Shown here piece by piece: positions 25,950-38,176 of a DNA stretch of 64,000 bases (position 1 is the first letter of the stretch; each line of letters opens with the position of its first letter). Below the pieces are notes generated by a model that saw only the letters and a list, made by a program, of their open reading frames with translations, did not search any database and was not told the DNA's origin. Origin of the DNA: Takakia lepidozioides (taxonomy: Eukaryota > Plantae > Bryophyta); NCBI GenBank assembly GCA_030704615.1, contig CM060733.1:53630001-53694000 (forward strand), written 5' to 3'. The translations under genes were made by a program, and so were the position numbers.

Positions 25950-28566
25950 GTTATACAAGCTAGAGTAACTCTTCATCCTCATGGGGCATATGAGATGGTT
26001 AGAGTAGTATAAGTGAGTGAGTTTAAGTTATGCTGTAAGAAAGTCTAGGAGGGCCATGGGTAGGGTTGAATGGGAACGTGCGAGGGAGAGCTTGTTGGTT
26101 GTAATTGGACACTTGGGGGGCAAATCTTGAGCATAACGCTGGAGGAGTATAAAAACTTTTGTCTCAAATGTTAGTGGGATCTGGGGTTGCAGACTAGGTA
26201 GGGGGTTTAAATGGGACATGTTCCATAGCCAGTTCAATCTAGCAAGTGATATGCTTCCAATGTAGCAGCCTAGTGGTCCATATATGTGGACAAGGCCATC
26301 GTGGGTCTGGATCTTTGGGTGGGTGCAGAGAATATCTATGTCTGGGTTGCACTCGTCTAGAAAAATATGTAAGTTGAATACATTTCTTGGTGGGCTAATG
26401 AAACGTTTGTCAGAAGTTTGCAGTTCCGCAATATGCTGATTATGAATATGCGCTAAATAGTTAAAGTTGGTTCTACGGTAGTAATCAGCTATATTGTGTT
26501 GCAATTGTTGTATTGATGGGCGATCAAAGAGGGTGTCATTATGTTCCCAAGTGGCTTTCTTGTCGGGGTCACTTTTCCATTTACATAGGTACATAGTATC
26601 AGTGCACAAGGCTCCATATTGGTCCACTCGCATTTTTTTAACTATACCTTGTATTTCTTCAAGCTCATAGTGGGGTTCCAGTAGCGTTTGTACTAATTGG
26701 GTCGCTTCAGGTTGTTGTGGATCCGTTGTTTGGGCAGTTATAGGTTGAGCGGCTCTTGGATGAGATATGGGGGCGTCAAACAGTCTAGTGCTAGCGAGTG
26801 GGGGGCATGTAGGTTGGGAGTGGTACTGAGGTAGAAGCTCCCATGGATGATGGGGCGAAGTCGCACAGTTTGTGGGGCAATTATTTTTGCAGGCAGTTGT
26901 GGGGTAGCAGAATATGGTTTGTAGGTGACCTAAGTGGATATGTTGGGAACATGTTAATGGTCTAGGGTATTTTAGGCGAAAAGCGTGTCGGTTGATAAGC
27001 TTGGTTCCGGTTGCATCTATTAGTTGCTAAATTGTAGATATATTGTACTGCATAAAGAATTTCAGGGTGGTTTGTTTGTGGGGTTTACTACTTGGGTCAA
27101 AGAGGCATTGTTGTGGACTTGTATCCCATGCTATATCTAGGGGTGAAATGTGGAGTTGAATATTAGGTAGCGATGTATTAATAGTAATATGCATATGTTT
27201 GAGGATGTACAAGGTTCTGAGGAGCGGCGAGTGGGTGCAGGCAATGGGGTTTATCATATGTAAGTGATCTAGACCTCCAAATTTAGAAGCAACATGTTAA
27301 AGAAGTCCTTGATAAATGCTTCCAAGCTTGCCAGGATCATTTAAAGCTTCTTGTAGTTGCGTGCCCAGTGTTCTAGCATATGCTTCAGCTAGGGTCGTAG
27401 TTCCAAGGCCATATAGGTTTTGAGGTAGTTGTACCAGTGCACTAGGGACACTGTTTGGAAGACCACACACCTTTTTTGATAATCGTATCTAATGCATTTA
27501 AGTCTGGGATAGAGAATGAGGTTGCATGGAACGAGTATTCTATAGACGGCCTGATTACGGTGTAGATGATAAACAATTTTTGGCGAATGGTGGCTGGTGA
27601 GTTTAACAAGGCTATAGCCTGTGATATAAGTTTGTTTCTTGTAAAAGTTCTTTGAGTTTCTCAATTTAGTGATGGCGTCATTTGTATACGAAGATACGTG
27701 TATGGGTTGTCATGGTCTAGATATGGAAATGGGGGGTTATTATAGAGCAATGTATCATGTTTAGTATGGTGTGCGATTCACGTTATTGCGCATTTGTGTA
27801 TGCTTAGTTCCATTGCCACCCATTTATTGAATCTTTCCAATTTTTTAATTTGCCGACTAAGATGTGTGGCTTTATTAGAGAGTAAAAGGAGGTCGTCTGC
27901 ATAAGCAGTTGTTGGGACATTATTTGGTGAGGTAATGTATTGGTATCCGAGGTTGCCTCGGGCCAGCCATCTGAGAAGAGGCTCCAAAAATACAACAAAA
28001 ATGTATGGGCTGAATGTGTCACCTTGTATAGTGCCTTTGTTGATTGGTATAGGTGATGTATCTCCAAATGAGGGACCAGAGTAAATGGTGGTGCTCTCTG
28101 TATATATATTACCAATGAGCATCACTGCATCTGTCGGGTATCCGAGATTGAACATGACAGAGAGCATGTGGGCTTGGTCAAATGGAGCCAAACACATTTT
28201 TACAGTCAATGTATAGTAAGTATATATCTTGATGTGTATATCGTGCATCCTCAAGGGCAGAGTTTTGAGTTGGATTTGTCTAGTTGTACTTCTTGCAGTT
28301 CTAAATCCCTCTTGTGCGTCACTGAGGATATGGTGTTGCTCTCCATAGGACGTGGAGAGATTGGTTAGCGTATTGGTGAGTAACTTATATATGGTATTAG
28401 CGAGGGATATGGGTCTATAGTTACCAAGTTGAGTGGGGTCATCTTTTTTATAAATAAGTATTGTTCTGCTCTTTTTCCAAGGTTTGGGTATTCGATGTAG
28501 CTGATAACATAGTAGAAAGAATCAGAAGATTAATCGATGTAAATGTGGGTCTAATGCTTTGAGAAT
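25950..28566 (-). mobile_element. Dualen-type LINE ORF2: reverse transcriptase and downstream chromodomain-like region (pseudogenised)
   Basis: IYKKDDPTQLGNYRPISLAN; GTIQGDTFSPYIF; TTAYADDLLLL (YADD 27892-27903); YELEEI..MYLCKWK..ATWE (~26530-26669). Confidence 0.85.
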
Positions 28567-31204
28567 CTAATGTTTACAATTTGTTCACTCTTTAAGATGA
28601 GGCCTAGAAGATGATAATTTGTTGAGAGCTGCAATTGTTAGCAGAAGAAGTGTAGGGGAAAAGTCTTGAGGAAATAATGTTAAACATAAAATGCACACAC
28701 AATTCTAAGATGGATAGTGGTGCTTTTGTCAGACGTACTTTGTCAAGATTTTGGAACATATGGATGGGCTTGATTCTGCCCAATAGAACATCTTGGCAAC
28801 ACATAGTTATCAAATCTTAGCCCTTAATGGACTAAGTACAGATCTATAGGAGCATAAGCCATTTACAAAAAATTGACAATGAAAGTATTGGGACTTGATC
28901 ATGTGGAAGAGTAAGTTTCCACAAAAACTTATCTCAAGGGCATGCAGTAGTTCACCCTTTAGATATATGAATGGTTGAAATCGGGAGTGACAAGCTGCTA
29001 ATTTAGAATATCTCGGCTTTTTCCACCAAGTGAATCTCCAAACTCTTTATGCAATTGATAAATGGTGGCAGTAGTATTCAAATGATAATTGGTGGTAGTG
29101 CTCATCTCATACAAATTTTCCTTTTCCTCTAGAAATTTGCTATCGAGAGTAAAATAAAGTGCAACACAAACTTCATCGAGATCACAAAATCCTATCAATA
29201 GTAGCACATCGTTTCACAACGGAAGCGCACGGCCCATTGAAGCATCTGCAGGGCTGAAATTGACAACAGATCATGGGTACATTTAGGCTACATACAATTC
29301 ATTTGATAATACAAACGCCGGAGGATGTACATCCAACACCTGTACTTCATCACCAAAGTACACTTTTCCCTCACTGACTCTTCCATAATTGCCATCACCG
29401 CCTTGACCGGAAACTTTTGCCTGGTCGATTGTGACTTGGCCTTGGGTCTTTTTGTAGAGCAAAGAGCATCCGAATATGACGATGTCCCCCCCCCCCGAGT
29501 GTGCAATTCATGTTGACTCCTTTCAGCTGTCGGCCCACCAACTTTGCGATTTATAAGAATAGTCATAGATTGCCGCCTGCACATCTCCTACAACCCTCAA
29601 GCCCACTACATCAAAACCCCCTCGAACAAAGTACTCCAGGCCAAAGGCCGAGTCTTGTAGGTCCTGATGGGTCCTCAAAACAGTTGCTACCACATAATCC
29701 GAAAAGAATTTGCTCAAAAATTCCTACAAAACAGTAGGTAACATGCTCGTAGAATATGCATCAACATCTCCCAGAGCACCAAAATCTAAGACATGTATGC
29801 CCAAAGCATACGTATCTTTATCAAGTGAAGCATGAGCACTTTTCCAATTTCTCGAACTAGTTCACCCCGGAGTTAGCTCCCACATGGAGGCCAGACTGTA
29901 ATAGCCTTGTCCGTTGTCTGTGCTTGAGGCTAGGATGACCATGGTGGTACAATACGCCGCGGAGATTGGCCTAGCAGCATATTGCCTAGAGATGAGGATC
30001 CGAGTGTAGACTCTACAAGTATAACATCAAAATTAAACAAACCCGAGCCAAACCCCAACCAGAATCGAGTAGGGTCGCAATGTATGTTGGTTGATGCCTC
30101 AATAATCAACCGGATGCGGATGTTACATGAGCGGTGAGCGGGATTAAGCATGAGCAGAACATATTTTATGGATTTTTTGCCAAATTTATCTCTTGTGGAG
30201 GTAGTTTTGGACTGCTTTTCCGGTAAAAAAAATGCCAAGTTCTCCATCATCATTGGCTTCGACCTTAGGTTCGGATCAGAAAATATGGGTTTGGCAGTTT
30301 CCGAACCTGAGTAGTCGGTGCCGATTATAGCACAACAGTGCTATGAGAGTTGGGTAGTCGGTGCCGATTATAATATAATAATGCTCGGACGGATGGAAAG
30401 CGGCTACCGCGGAAATAGGCCTGTTTTCTATTACCATGGTCTGGCCGAGCCGGCCGACCTTGTGGCCGACTATAGTCGGTGTATATTTTAATATTTTAAT
30501 ATTTTTCCGCATTGACAATAGTCGAAATTGGACGACTACTTCAAAAATTCTAGTATTCCCGCTTGGTACCATAGCTTCTCCTTCTCTTTGTTCTGCAGAA
30601 ACAATGGTGCTGCAGATTGTGGCTTGTCGGGGATATGTGGAGAATTTGCAGTAAGGATGGATTGACGCAGGCAGATGTGTGTGGTGCTGCAGGTTGTGGC
30701 TCGTCGGGGATATGTGGACCAGATGAACTGTGACGGATCCAAGAGCGAGATAGAGAAATTCGATATAGTCAATTGCGTGTCAACATAGTAGACATCAAGA
30801 TAATGAAGGAAAGAAAATTGATGTTGGAGAAAGACTAACCTATAAATGGACCGTCCTTGGGAATGATGAGCCCGCGGATGAATGCCCCCAAAATGACGTG
30901 AATTCCAATAAGATCAGAAAGTAAATTAGCTGCTGTCAAAACTAACACAAGTGTAAAAGTGATTATGGGCTCTGGAATTGGCTCCTCGTAGTGTGTCATA
31001 ACAAATGCAATGGGGTGAACTAATAGATGGCATTAGAGCTAGAAAACAATCCCTAGTACAAGAACCCATAAGGCCAATATAGGCGATGATCCAACATTTG
31101 GTATGGTGACTGCGAGGGCTAAGAATATCCACGCCACAATGTCGTTTTCGGCTGCTGCCGACATGGCTATCTTGCCGGTCTACAATTTTCAGCACATCTT
31201 TTCC
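28567..31204. mobile_element. 2.6-kb unclassified insertion splitting the LINE at PGPDNIPNE|ILKAL
   Basis: LINE reading frame rejoins across 31205/28566. The insert has degraded coding-like pieces and AGTCGGTGCCGATTA repeats (~30310-30480); no TIR or TSD resolved. Confidence 0.65.
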
Positions 31205-33310
31205 TTCATTAGGTATATTATCTGGTCCAGGTACTTTAGAGTTGGATAGCGATCTAAGACATGTGTGATAGATTTCGGGGGTGAGGGATGCACTTAGGTC
31301 TATGTTCAGAGGGCCTCTTCTTTCTAATTTGAATCCATCGATGTCATGCCATGGATAATGGCGAGCTTGGCATGCACAATGTTGTATATGAGAGGAGGGC
31401 TGGAAGCATGCATGGGTTTGTGGTTGGTACATGGCTGAGGCCTGTTGGTAAATGGTTTTATTTTTGAGTTTGAGAAAGTGTGTAGGATTCCAGTTGTGTC
31501 CCGAATCGCTTATAAAGGGAGAGAGGGGGAAGAGTTGAAGATTGATTTATGAATGATACGAGGCTTGTCTTGCAACATTTTACAATAGGATTGGATAAAT
31601 TTCTTCTGATTATGTCGAGCTTGCTCTTTGGTAATATTATAAGTAGTTTTTTTGGCGTCTCGGCCAATTTTGGAGATTGATTTAATCCATGTTTGAATGT
31701 CATCATCATCCTGAGGGCCGGGAAAGCTGTGTAACATGTAGGGATTGTACGGAGGGCTGCAATATGTGGGGCATTTCTTCATTGGGGGTCTTATGGAGTG
31801 GTTGAGAGTACTGTAATAGCTTTTCGGACTGTGTGATGTGTGTTTGGTTCTTTTTGCCACTGTCTTTGCTGCGTTCTAGTTAGGTGTCCTCCATTTATTT
31901 TGGATCTTCCAGTTGGGGGGGAGGTGTGAGCCACCATACACGTATCTAACGTGCATTCTGTAATTTGAGTAAAATTTTGTTGCAATTTAGAGCTCGCCTC
32001 GTCCCAGATCTGAGGGGGGGGGGTTCAACGAGCATCAGTCTAGTATAGTTTGCAGTTCCGATATGGTTGTGGAGGATATGGATCTAAATTTAGTTTGGAA
32101 AGCCAGGATGGACAAGGGCGAGATAAGAGTAGGTATTCGAGGTCTTGTATCTAAGGAGGGGTCGTTCAAGATTGGACCTATTGGTATAATATGTGATGGG
32201 ATGCGGAGGAGAATTGGGTAGTGGTCAGAGTTATATATGGGGTCATATAGTATTGTGTTGTGTAATTGTGTGGGATTGTCGTTATGTGTTTTGAGAAAGT
32301 AGCCATCGATGAGACTATGTGAGGTATAGTCTAGTCCTCTTTGCCTCGAGAAAGGTTGGTTTGAGGGGATGTACTAGAATCCCAGATTTTGGGTGTAAGA
32401 TGTCTACTCTATATCTTTTAACGAAGGAGGGGAATGTACTCCATTATACAGTCTGCCATGTAGGGTTAGGTCTCTGTTGAAGTCTCTCGCAAGAAGGATT
32501 ACAGAGGAGGAGTTAATTGGGTTATTTGAGAAATTTGCAATTTGTTGTAGTATGTCTTGGGTAAGTGGTGCATCATCTGGATGTGAGGGCATATATAGAT
32601 GGATGATACTGAATTTTGGGTAGGGACCGATGTGTATTTGCACTATTTGTGGGTGGGATTTGAGGTGAGCTGGGATAGTAATCTTGGAGGTTGTATCTTG
32701 CAAGTGCATGGATTTGTGTATTCCAATTGCTACTCCTCCCCGAGCTAGTTGATACGGTAAGGCGTGTCGTCTAGTGTATTTTTCTGGTGAGGGGGTGCTA
32801 CCGTATATCAAATGATATTTATGTAATATCTTATTTATGTACGTATTAGACGTATGCGATTGGAGTTTGGTTTCTTGCAGTAGTATAATGTGTGGGGGAT
32901 TCGGCTCTTGGAGTATAAGTGATAGGGTGGGGACACTAGAGGCGATGGAGCCGATGTTCCATGTGAGACGTATTAGGGGCTGATCTAGTAGATAGTCTTG
33001 CTCATAAGGAGGAGGGTTGTTTGGAGGCAGGGGTATAGCTGGTGGTGAGTTTGGTGTGATGTCAGCAAGACTAACCGACGTGGTTGGTTGTGGTGTATGT
33101 TTGGGTGTGCAAAAACTAGGCAGACTTGTGAGAGTGTTTAGTGTGGCTGAGAGGATCTCTATGAAAGGAAACTTCATGGTGATATGTTGTAGGGTATGGC
33201 AAGATGTGGGTGGGAGAGATAACAGATACGTTGTGAGTAGTTGGTGAATTTGGCCAGGTGGAGCTTAGAGGAGATCAAGAGAATTGTGAAGGCAGTTGAG
33301 GGGGTGTGGC
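31205..33310 (-). mobile_element. Dualen-type LINE ORF2: APE endonuclease and linker (pseudogenised)
   Basis: LTWNIGS..IILLQETKL..GGVAIGI..HLYMPS..DFNRD..SLIDGYF..NSDHYPILL (~32205-32975); KVPGPDNIPNE at the 31205 end. Confidence 0.88.
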
Positions 33311-33317
33311 GGGGCAA

Positions 33318-33895
33318 CCCCAATACAAAATGTGGTCAATCATCCCCCATACAAAATGTGGTCAATCATCCCCCAAAGGCGGCAAAAGATAGATATACCT
33401 CAGACTTTTGTCATGCCGCAATTACTCTAAAGCTAGAACCACAAAATACTCCTTATTCAACTGTACGATTTAGGAACGAATATTCTATAGCCGTTGTGAC
33501 ATGCAAAATAATCGGACAAAGATGCAAAAATGTAGCTCTCAGCAGCATAAAACAACCCACACAGTTCTTGCCACTATTCTCAACGAACAACAACAACTCC
33601 CAACTATCCCAAAAGGTAGAACAAATATTGATCCTCTCATCTCCAAACAAGCTAAACGAAAATTACAAAAATGGATGCACAACTATACAACTGTGCAATT
33701 ACATATATTACTTATACGATGTGGAGATATCCACCCCAACCCAGGTCCTACAAATCGACACTGTTGCATAACACCACTAGCTACTAACCCAATCATAAAT
33801 GTTGTCCATGTACCAGACCCCATTCAGAACATTGTAATGCATATCCAAAGCAACCAAAACAAGATATGATATATACTTTTACCCCTCCACAATTA
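33318..33895 (+). other. Inverted internal segment of the LINE containing a 2A-like motif (LLIRCGDIHPNPGP)
   Basis: Strand skew flips to A/C-rich relative to both flanks; 26-bp tandem duplication (33323-33374) at the left junction; motif at 33720-33749. Boundaries approximate. Confidence 0.7.
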
Positions 33896-35372
33896 CGCTA
33901 GAATCGCGCTAGGTTTCGTATGACGGCGGATGTCTTGGGGGCTTGGTATTATGAAGTATATACAAGGCGCTTGTAGTATATTTGGACGTAATAATGTATG
34001 TATATTTGTAATATTGTTGGGTTTCAGTTTATGTGTCATGAGCATACGAAGTCCGAATATATGAGAATCATTTTTATTACGATTATTATTATTATTATTT
34101 ATTTCATTATTATTATTTTTATAATTTTCTATTTTGTTTCTTGGTGTGAGCGGGGATGAAAGGGATAGGGCAAAAGAGTCGTAACCAATCTGGTTACCCC
34201 TTGGATGTATGTGGAGTGTATTATTTGGATGATATCCATGGGTTTGAAAGTTGGGTAGGGCAAGTGGGCTTGGAACTGTGCATGGACTTGGTTGCGGGCA
34301 ACAGGAGCTCTCATGGAGGTATGCTTCAGTCGAGGTTGAGTGTAGGGTGGTGTATGCATGGCAGCCGGGTGGCAGCGTTGTCCTTGGGCCATGTGGGCTG
34401 TGTCGTGTATTTATGTGTGGGCTTGATAGACGAAACAAACGTCATTCATTTTTATTGTAGGGAATTGAAGATGGCTGGTGTGATAGTAGTGTGTTCGCAT
34501 TGGGAGCTGTATTTCGGTTATTGCAGTGGCTTGAGTAAGTAGTCTTCGTGCAGGGGTGCAGTTCATGAATTGAGGTAAAGGAGTGGCAGACGTGTTGTGA
34601 TTCAGAGAATCCTGTAGGTATCATCAATAATAGGTTTTGTGCGGCATGGTCCTAAGCTGTGTGATGACGCACGTTGTTACACGGGTGGTGTTGATTTCGA
34701 GTTCCTGGTGTATTTTGGCAGGGAATGCAGACTATTGAGGGAAGGCAGATTATTGAATGACATCCATTTAATGTTGGTTTAGTCCAGTTTGGGTATGTCG
34801 AAAGTATGGGATTTTCTCGTGACAGCCCGAGTAGCAGTTTTGTTGCAATGAGATAGCATGTGCAGTTTTGGTTTGGGTTGGAATTGATGTAGGGGTTTTT
34901 ATGCTGGGCAGGATAGGTTGCTAAGGCAAGATTATATTTTCTGCGTTGTGTTAATTTTAGGTGTAATGTCTGCAGCCAGGTAGTGGTGGTTGGGCTTTGG
35001 GTACTTGAAGTGTCATGTTTTTGAGATTGTGCTGGTCGATCAGTGTCGTGGGAGTAATATTGATTACATGCAATGCAATGGAGTTTGTTAGTAGCCTTGT
35101 GAGATGGCAGCAAATTCTGGTCCCGTGAGTGAGAGAGTATGATGTTGTGTGTTAGTCGTGTTTGATCATCTATGTCGGGGGCAAACAAATCGTATAGAAA
35201 TATCTTGTTGTATAGCATTATAAGCATGCTCAAGTACATGATAGCTGGAAGATAAGTAGAGCTTAAACGGTATTTTGCTTTGTTGGACAGAGTATGGTTT
35301 CCTAACAAGCTCCTAACACCAGCAGTGTCACTCATTTCCCAATCTTTTCCTGGAGGTACTAGTCGTCGGGTG

Positions 35373-36960
35373 CTAGTTTGGCACAGGGGAAGGATGGTCA
35401 CTTGTGATAACAATTTGTTCGATATCCCGTAGGGTTGCTTGATTACGCGTCCATCGTGAGAATGCGTTAGCCGGTGGTGGCTGGTATTGGAAGACCGATT
35501 CCAGTTGAGCAGGTGCCATAGTATTCGAGTGGCTGGTCAGCTGTAGCTTGGAGACAGCAAATTCCGGCAGCTTGTTCATCATGGTGTTGAATTGCGTCTG
35601 ATACGCTGTCATGTTATAGGCCAACTCCTCTGGTTTTGCCTCAATTTCCGAGACAACCTCGTCCTTGAGGGTAACCAATTTTTGTTTGTGTTTCTTATAT
35701 TGTGCTGTCACCAGGGAGAGTAGCTCTTGCATTAGCACTCCGTTATTGGGTCCCGACTGGAGCTGTATTGATTCAACAATGTTAGCCAATGCCTTGTTTA
35801 TGTCCGTGATCTGCGTACGCTAGAGTGTTACAGGGTCAACCGGAGTCGAGCCATTCAAGCTGTGGGGGTGTGGTGTGATATCCAAATTTTTTCCCAGGAT
35901 TCGAACATTCTATTTCCCTTGCCAAAAGTTGTAGATCGTAGCATTCTTGCAGGTTATGTGGATAGTTCCTGCGTGCTGAATTCTCTCTTTGGAGAGATCG
36001 TTGGTGAAAAAGGTACCGGCAACATTTTCTTTTCCCATTATTTGCAGAATGACATTACAAACCTTAATCTATGTTGAAGTGCTCCGGAGCTGATGGATGA
36101 TGACAGTAAGCGCATCTCGTTCTGCAACTTGTTGCTTTGGCTGGATAGTTGCCCCGCTGAGGCTGTGCAATCATTCCTGCACCTGGAGCATCTCATTCTC
36201 ATGTCATAGGCCATGTGCCAGGGCTCGAGCTCTGGTTTCTTCTGTTGCTGCGTACAGATAACCAAAGTTGGTCTCTGTCGTGGGTTTGCCAACATAGAGT
36301 ATTTCAAGTTCTTCTCCCGCATTATAGGCCTCGTAAACGATGTTCGCAGCGACTTGTGTGCCAGGTAGTCCTTGCATGGTGGAGCCTTTCATGTGCAGTG
36401 AGAGTCTGTCCCCGCTACTCTCAATTTCAAAAAAAATTTCACCTTGCTTTGAACTTGTGTATCATTTGTCATTGGAAGTAAGAACGCTCTGTTGTTGAGC
36501 AAAAGATCGATGCCATCCTTTTCTGGATGCTGGAGGCAGACCTTGATGAGCCCGGACCATATCGTAGGGTCTTTCTTATGCCCGAACACGGAGATTGGAT
36601 GTAGCACTTCAGTCCCCAATGGGAATGGATGTGAAGCGAGCCTTAGTTTGCGCCATGATTACAGAACATTTGATGACGCGTTCTTTTTCGAACCAGGTGA
36701 GTATGTGGTATCCCACCGAGAGTCCGATGGCTGGATGCGTTTCTGCATTCTTCGGAAGTTGAGTGAGATGCAGGTACTGTTCTTCTTTGTTATCGGGTTT
36801 TTTAAATAGATATAACAGCTGAGGCACTCAGGGAAAAGACTTTGGGCACTCCAGCAATTCGCTGCATTTTTCTGGGGTGATGCCTAGTTGTAGGAGTTCT
36901 TTGGGCAATCTGATGTCATGTATGATTGGAGCTGCATAGCTCTGCGCGATGCTTTCCATA
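35373..36960 (-). mobile_element. LINE ORF1-like pseudogene (RRM-like + coiled coil), copy A
   Basis: YLHLTQLPK..IWSGLIKV..DGIDLL..EILYVGKPTTETNFGYLYAATEETR; helical C-terminus; upstream of ORF2 in the same orientation. Confidence 0.6.
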
Positions 36961-36999
36961 GTAGGGAAGCCTAGCCAAACAAGTCATGAAAACAAGTTG

Positions 37000-38030
37000 T
37001 GGGGCGACCGTCCGGCTTTGAGCGACCGCTGAGCGACGGCGACGACCGGACGACGGATGGGCGACCGCACGACGACCGTAGAACGATGATATTTAATTAT
37101 TTTTAGTTTTTTCTAAAATTAAAATCGGGACTGCCAGACCGGGACTGCTATTATTAATATTAATATTGTTTAATGAATAACTTTGGTGATCCCAATTTTT
37201 TTGTTATTATTATTTATTTATTTTTCTTATTAATATTGAAACCATCAAAACTGACGGACGTAAATTATTATTATTATTATTATTATTATTATTTCTTATT
37301 AATGCGGGAATTAATTCGAGCTAGCGGTCCAAAATATTATTATATTATTATATCATTATTATATTATTAATATTGGGACCATCAAAGCAGATGTTTGAAA
37401 ATATTATTTTAAAATTAATATGAGGACCACCAGTGACGGCCCTAATTCTTTATTATTTTTATTATTATCAGGACTGCCTAAGCTGACGATCCCAGTTATT
37501 ACTAATATTTTTATTACTAATATCGTGACCGCCAAAGCTGGCGGTCATGCTTTTAATAAATTAAAAGTAAAACATAAAAATTGGGACCACCAGCTTTGGC
37601 GGTTCCGATACTAATAAAAAATAATCATGAATAATAAAAAAATTGGGCTACCAGTTTTGGCGATTCTCAATTTAATAATAATAATAATAATTGAGACTGT
37701 GATATTTTTATTTTTTTCGTGCGACTGATGAGCGACAGCGAATGTTGGCCCGACCACTGGAAGACCGTGGCTATGTGGGGGGTTTTTTTTCCCATTGTGT
37801 TTTTTGATTGAGCGACCGCTGGGCGACGATGACGGTTGTCCCACCGTCGCCGTGCTGACGACCTTTCTAATCGTTAAAATTCAATTTAATTGATTTTTTA
37901 TATTGTAATTTTTGGGGGACGGTGAATACTTACGTTTACATTTAAGAAAATATGAAAGTATTTTAAGGATTTAAAATATATATTTTTAAAATTAATAAAT
38001 TAGCTGCGAGAGACAAGTTCTAGTGTCGTT
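37000..38030. mobile_element. AT-rich non-autonomous element with ACCGCC/GGCGGT and CGACG repeats
   Basis: Short GC motifs spaced by A/T tracts; block TTCAATTTAATTGA..GTAATTT..GGTG.A.ACTTACGT.TTACA shared with ~57340-57410. Confidence 0.55.
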
Positions 38031-38176
38031 TCAATTTTTGTATTCTGCAATTTCGTCGTCTCGTTTAGAGTGAGTCCCTGGCAGTTGAGATAGCCTTGTA
38101 AGCACGAGGTCTGCATGGTAGTAAAAACTAGCCAGATTTTGTCCCAAATTGTCCGAAATAGACTTGTGCAATGAGA

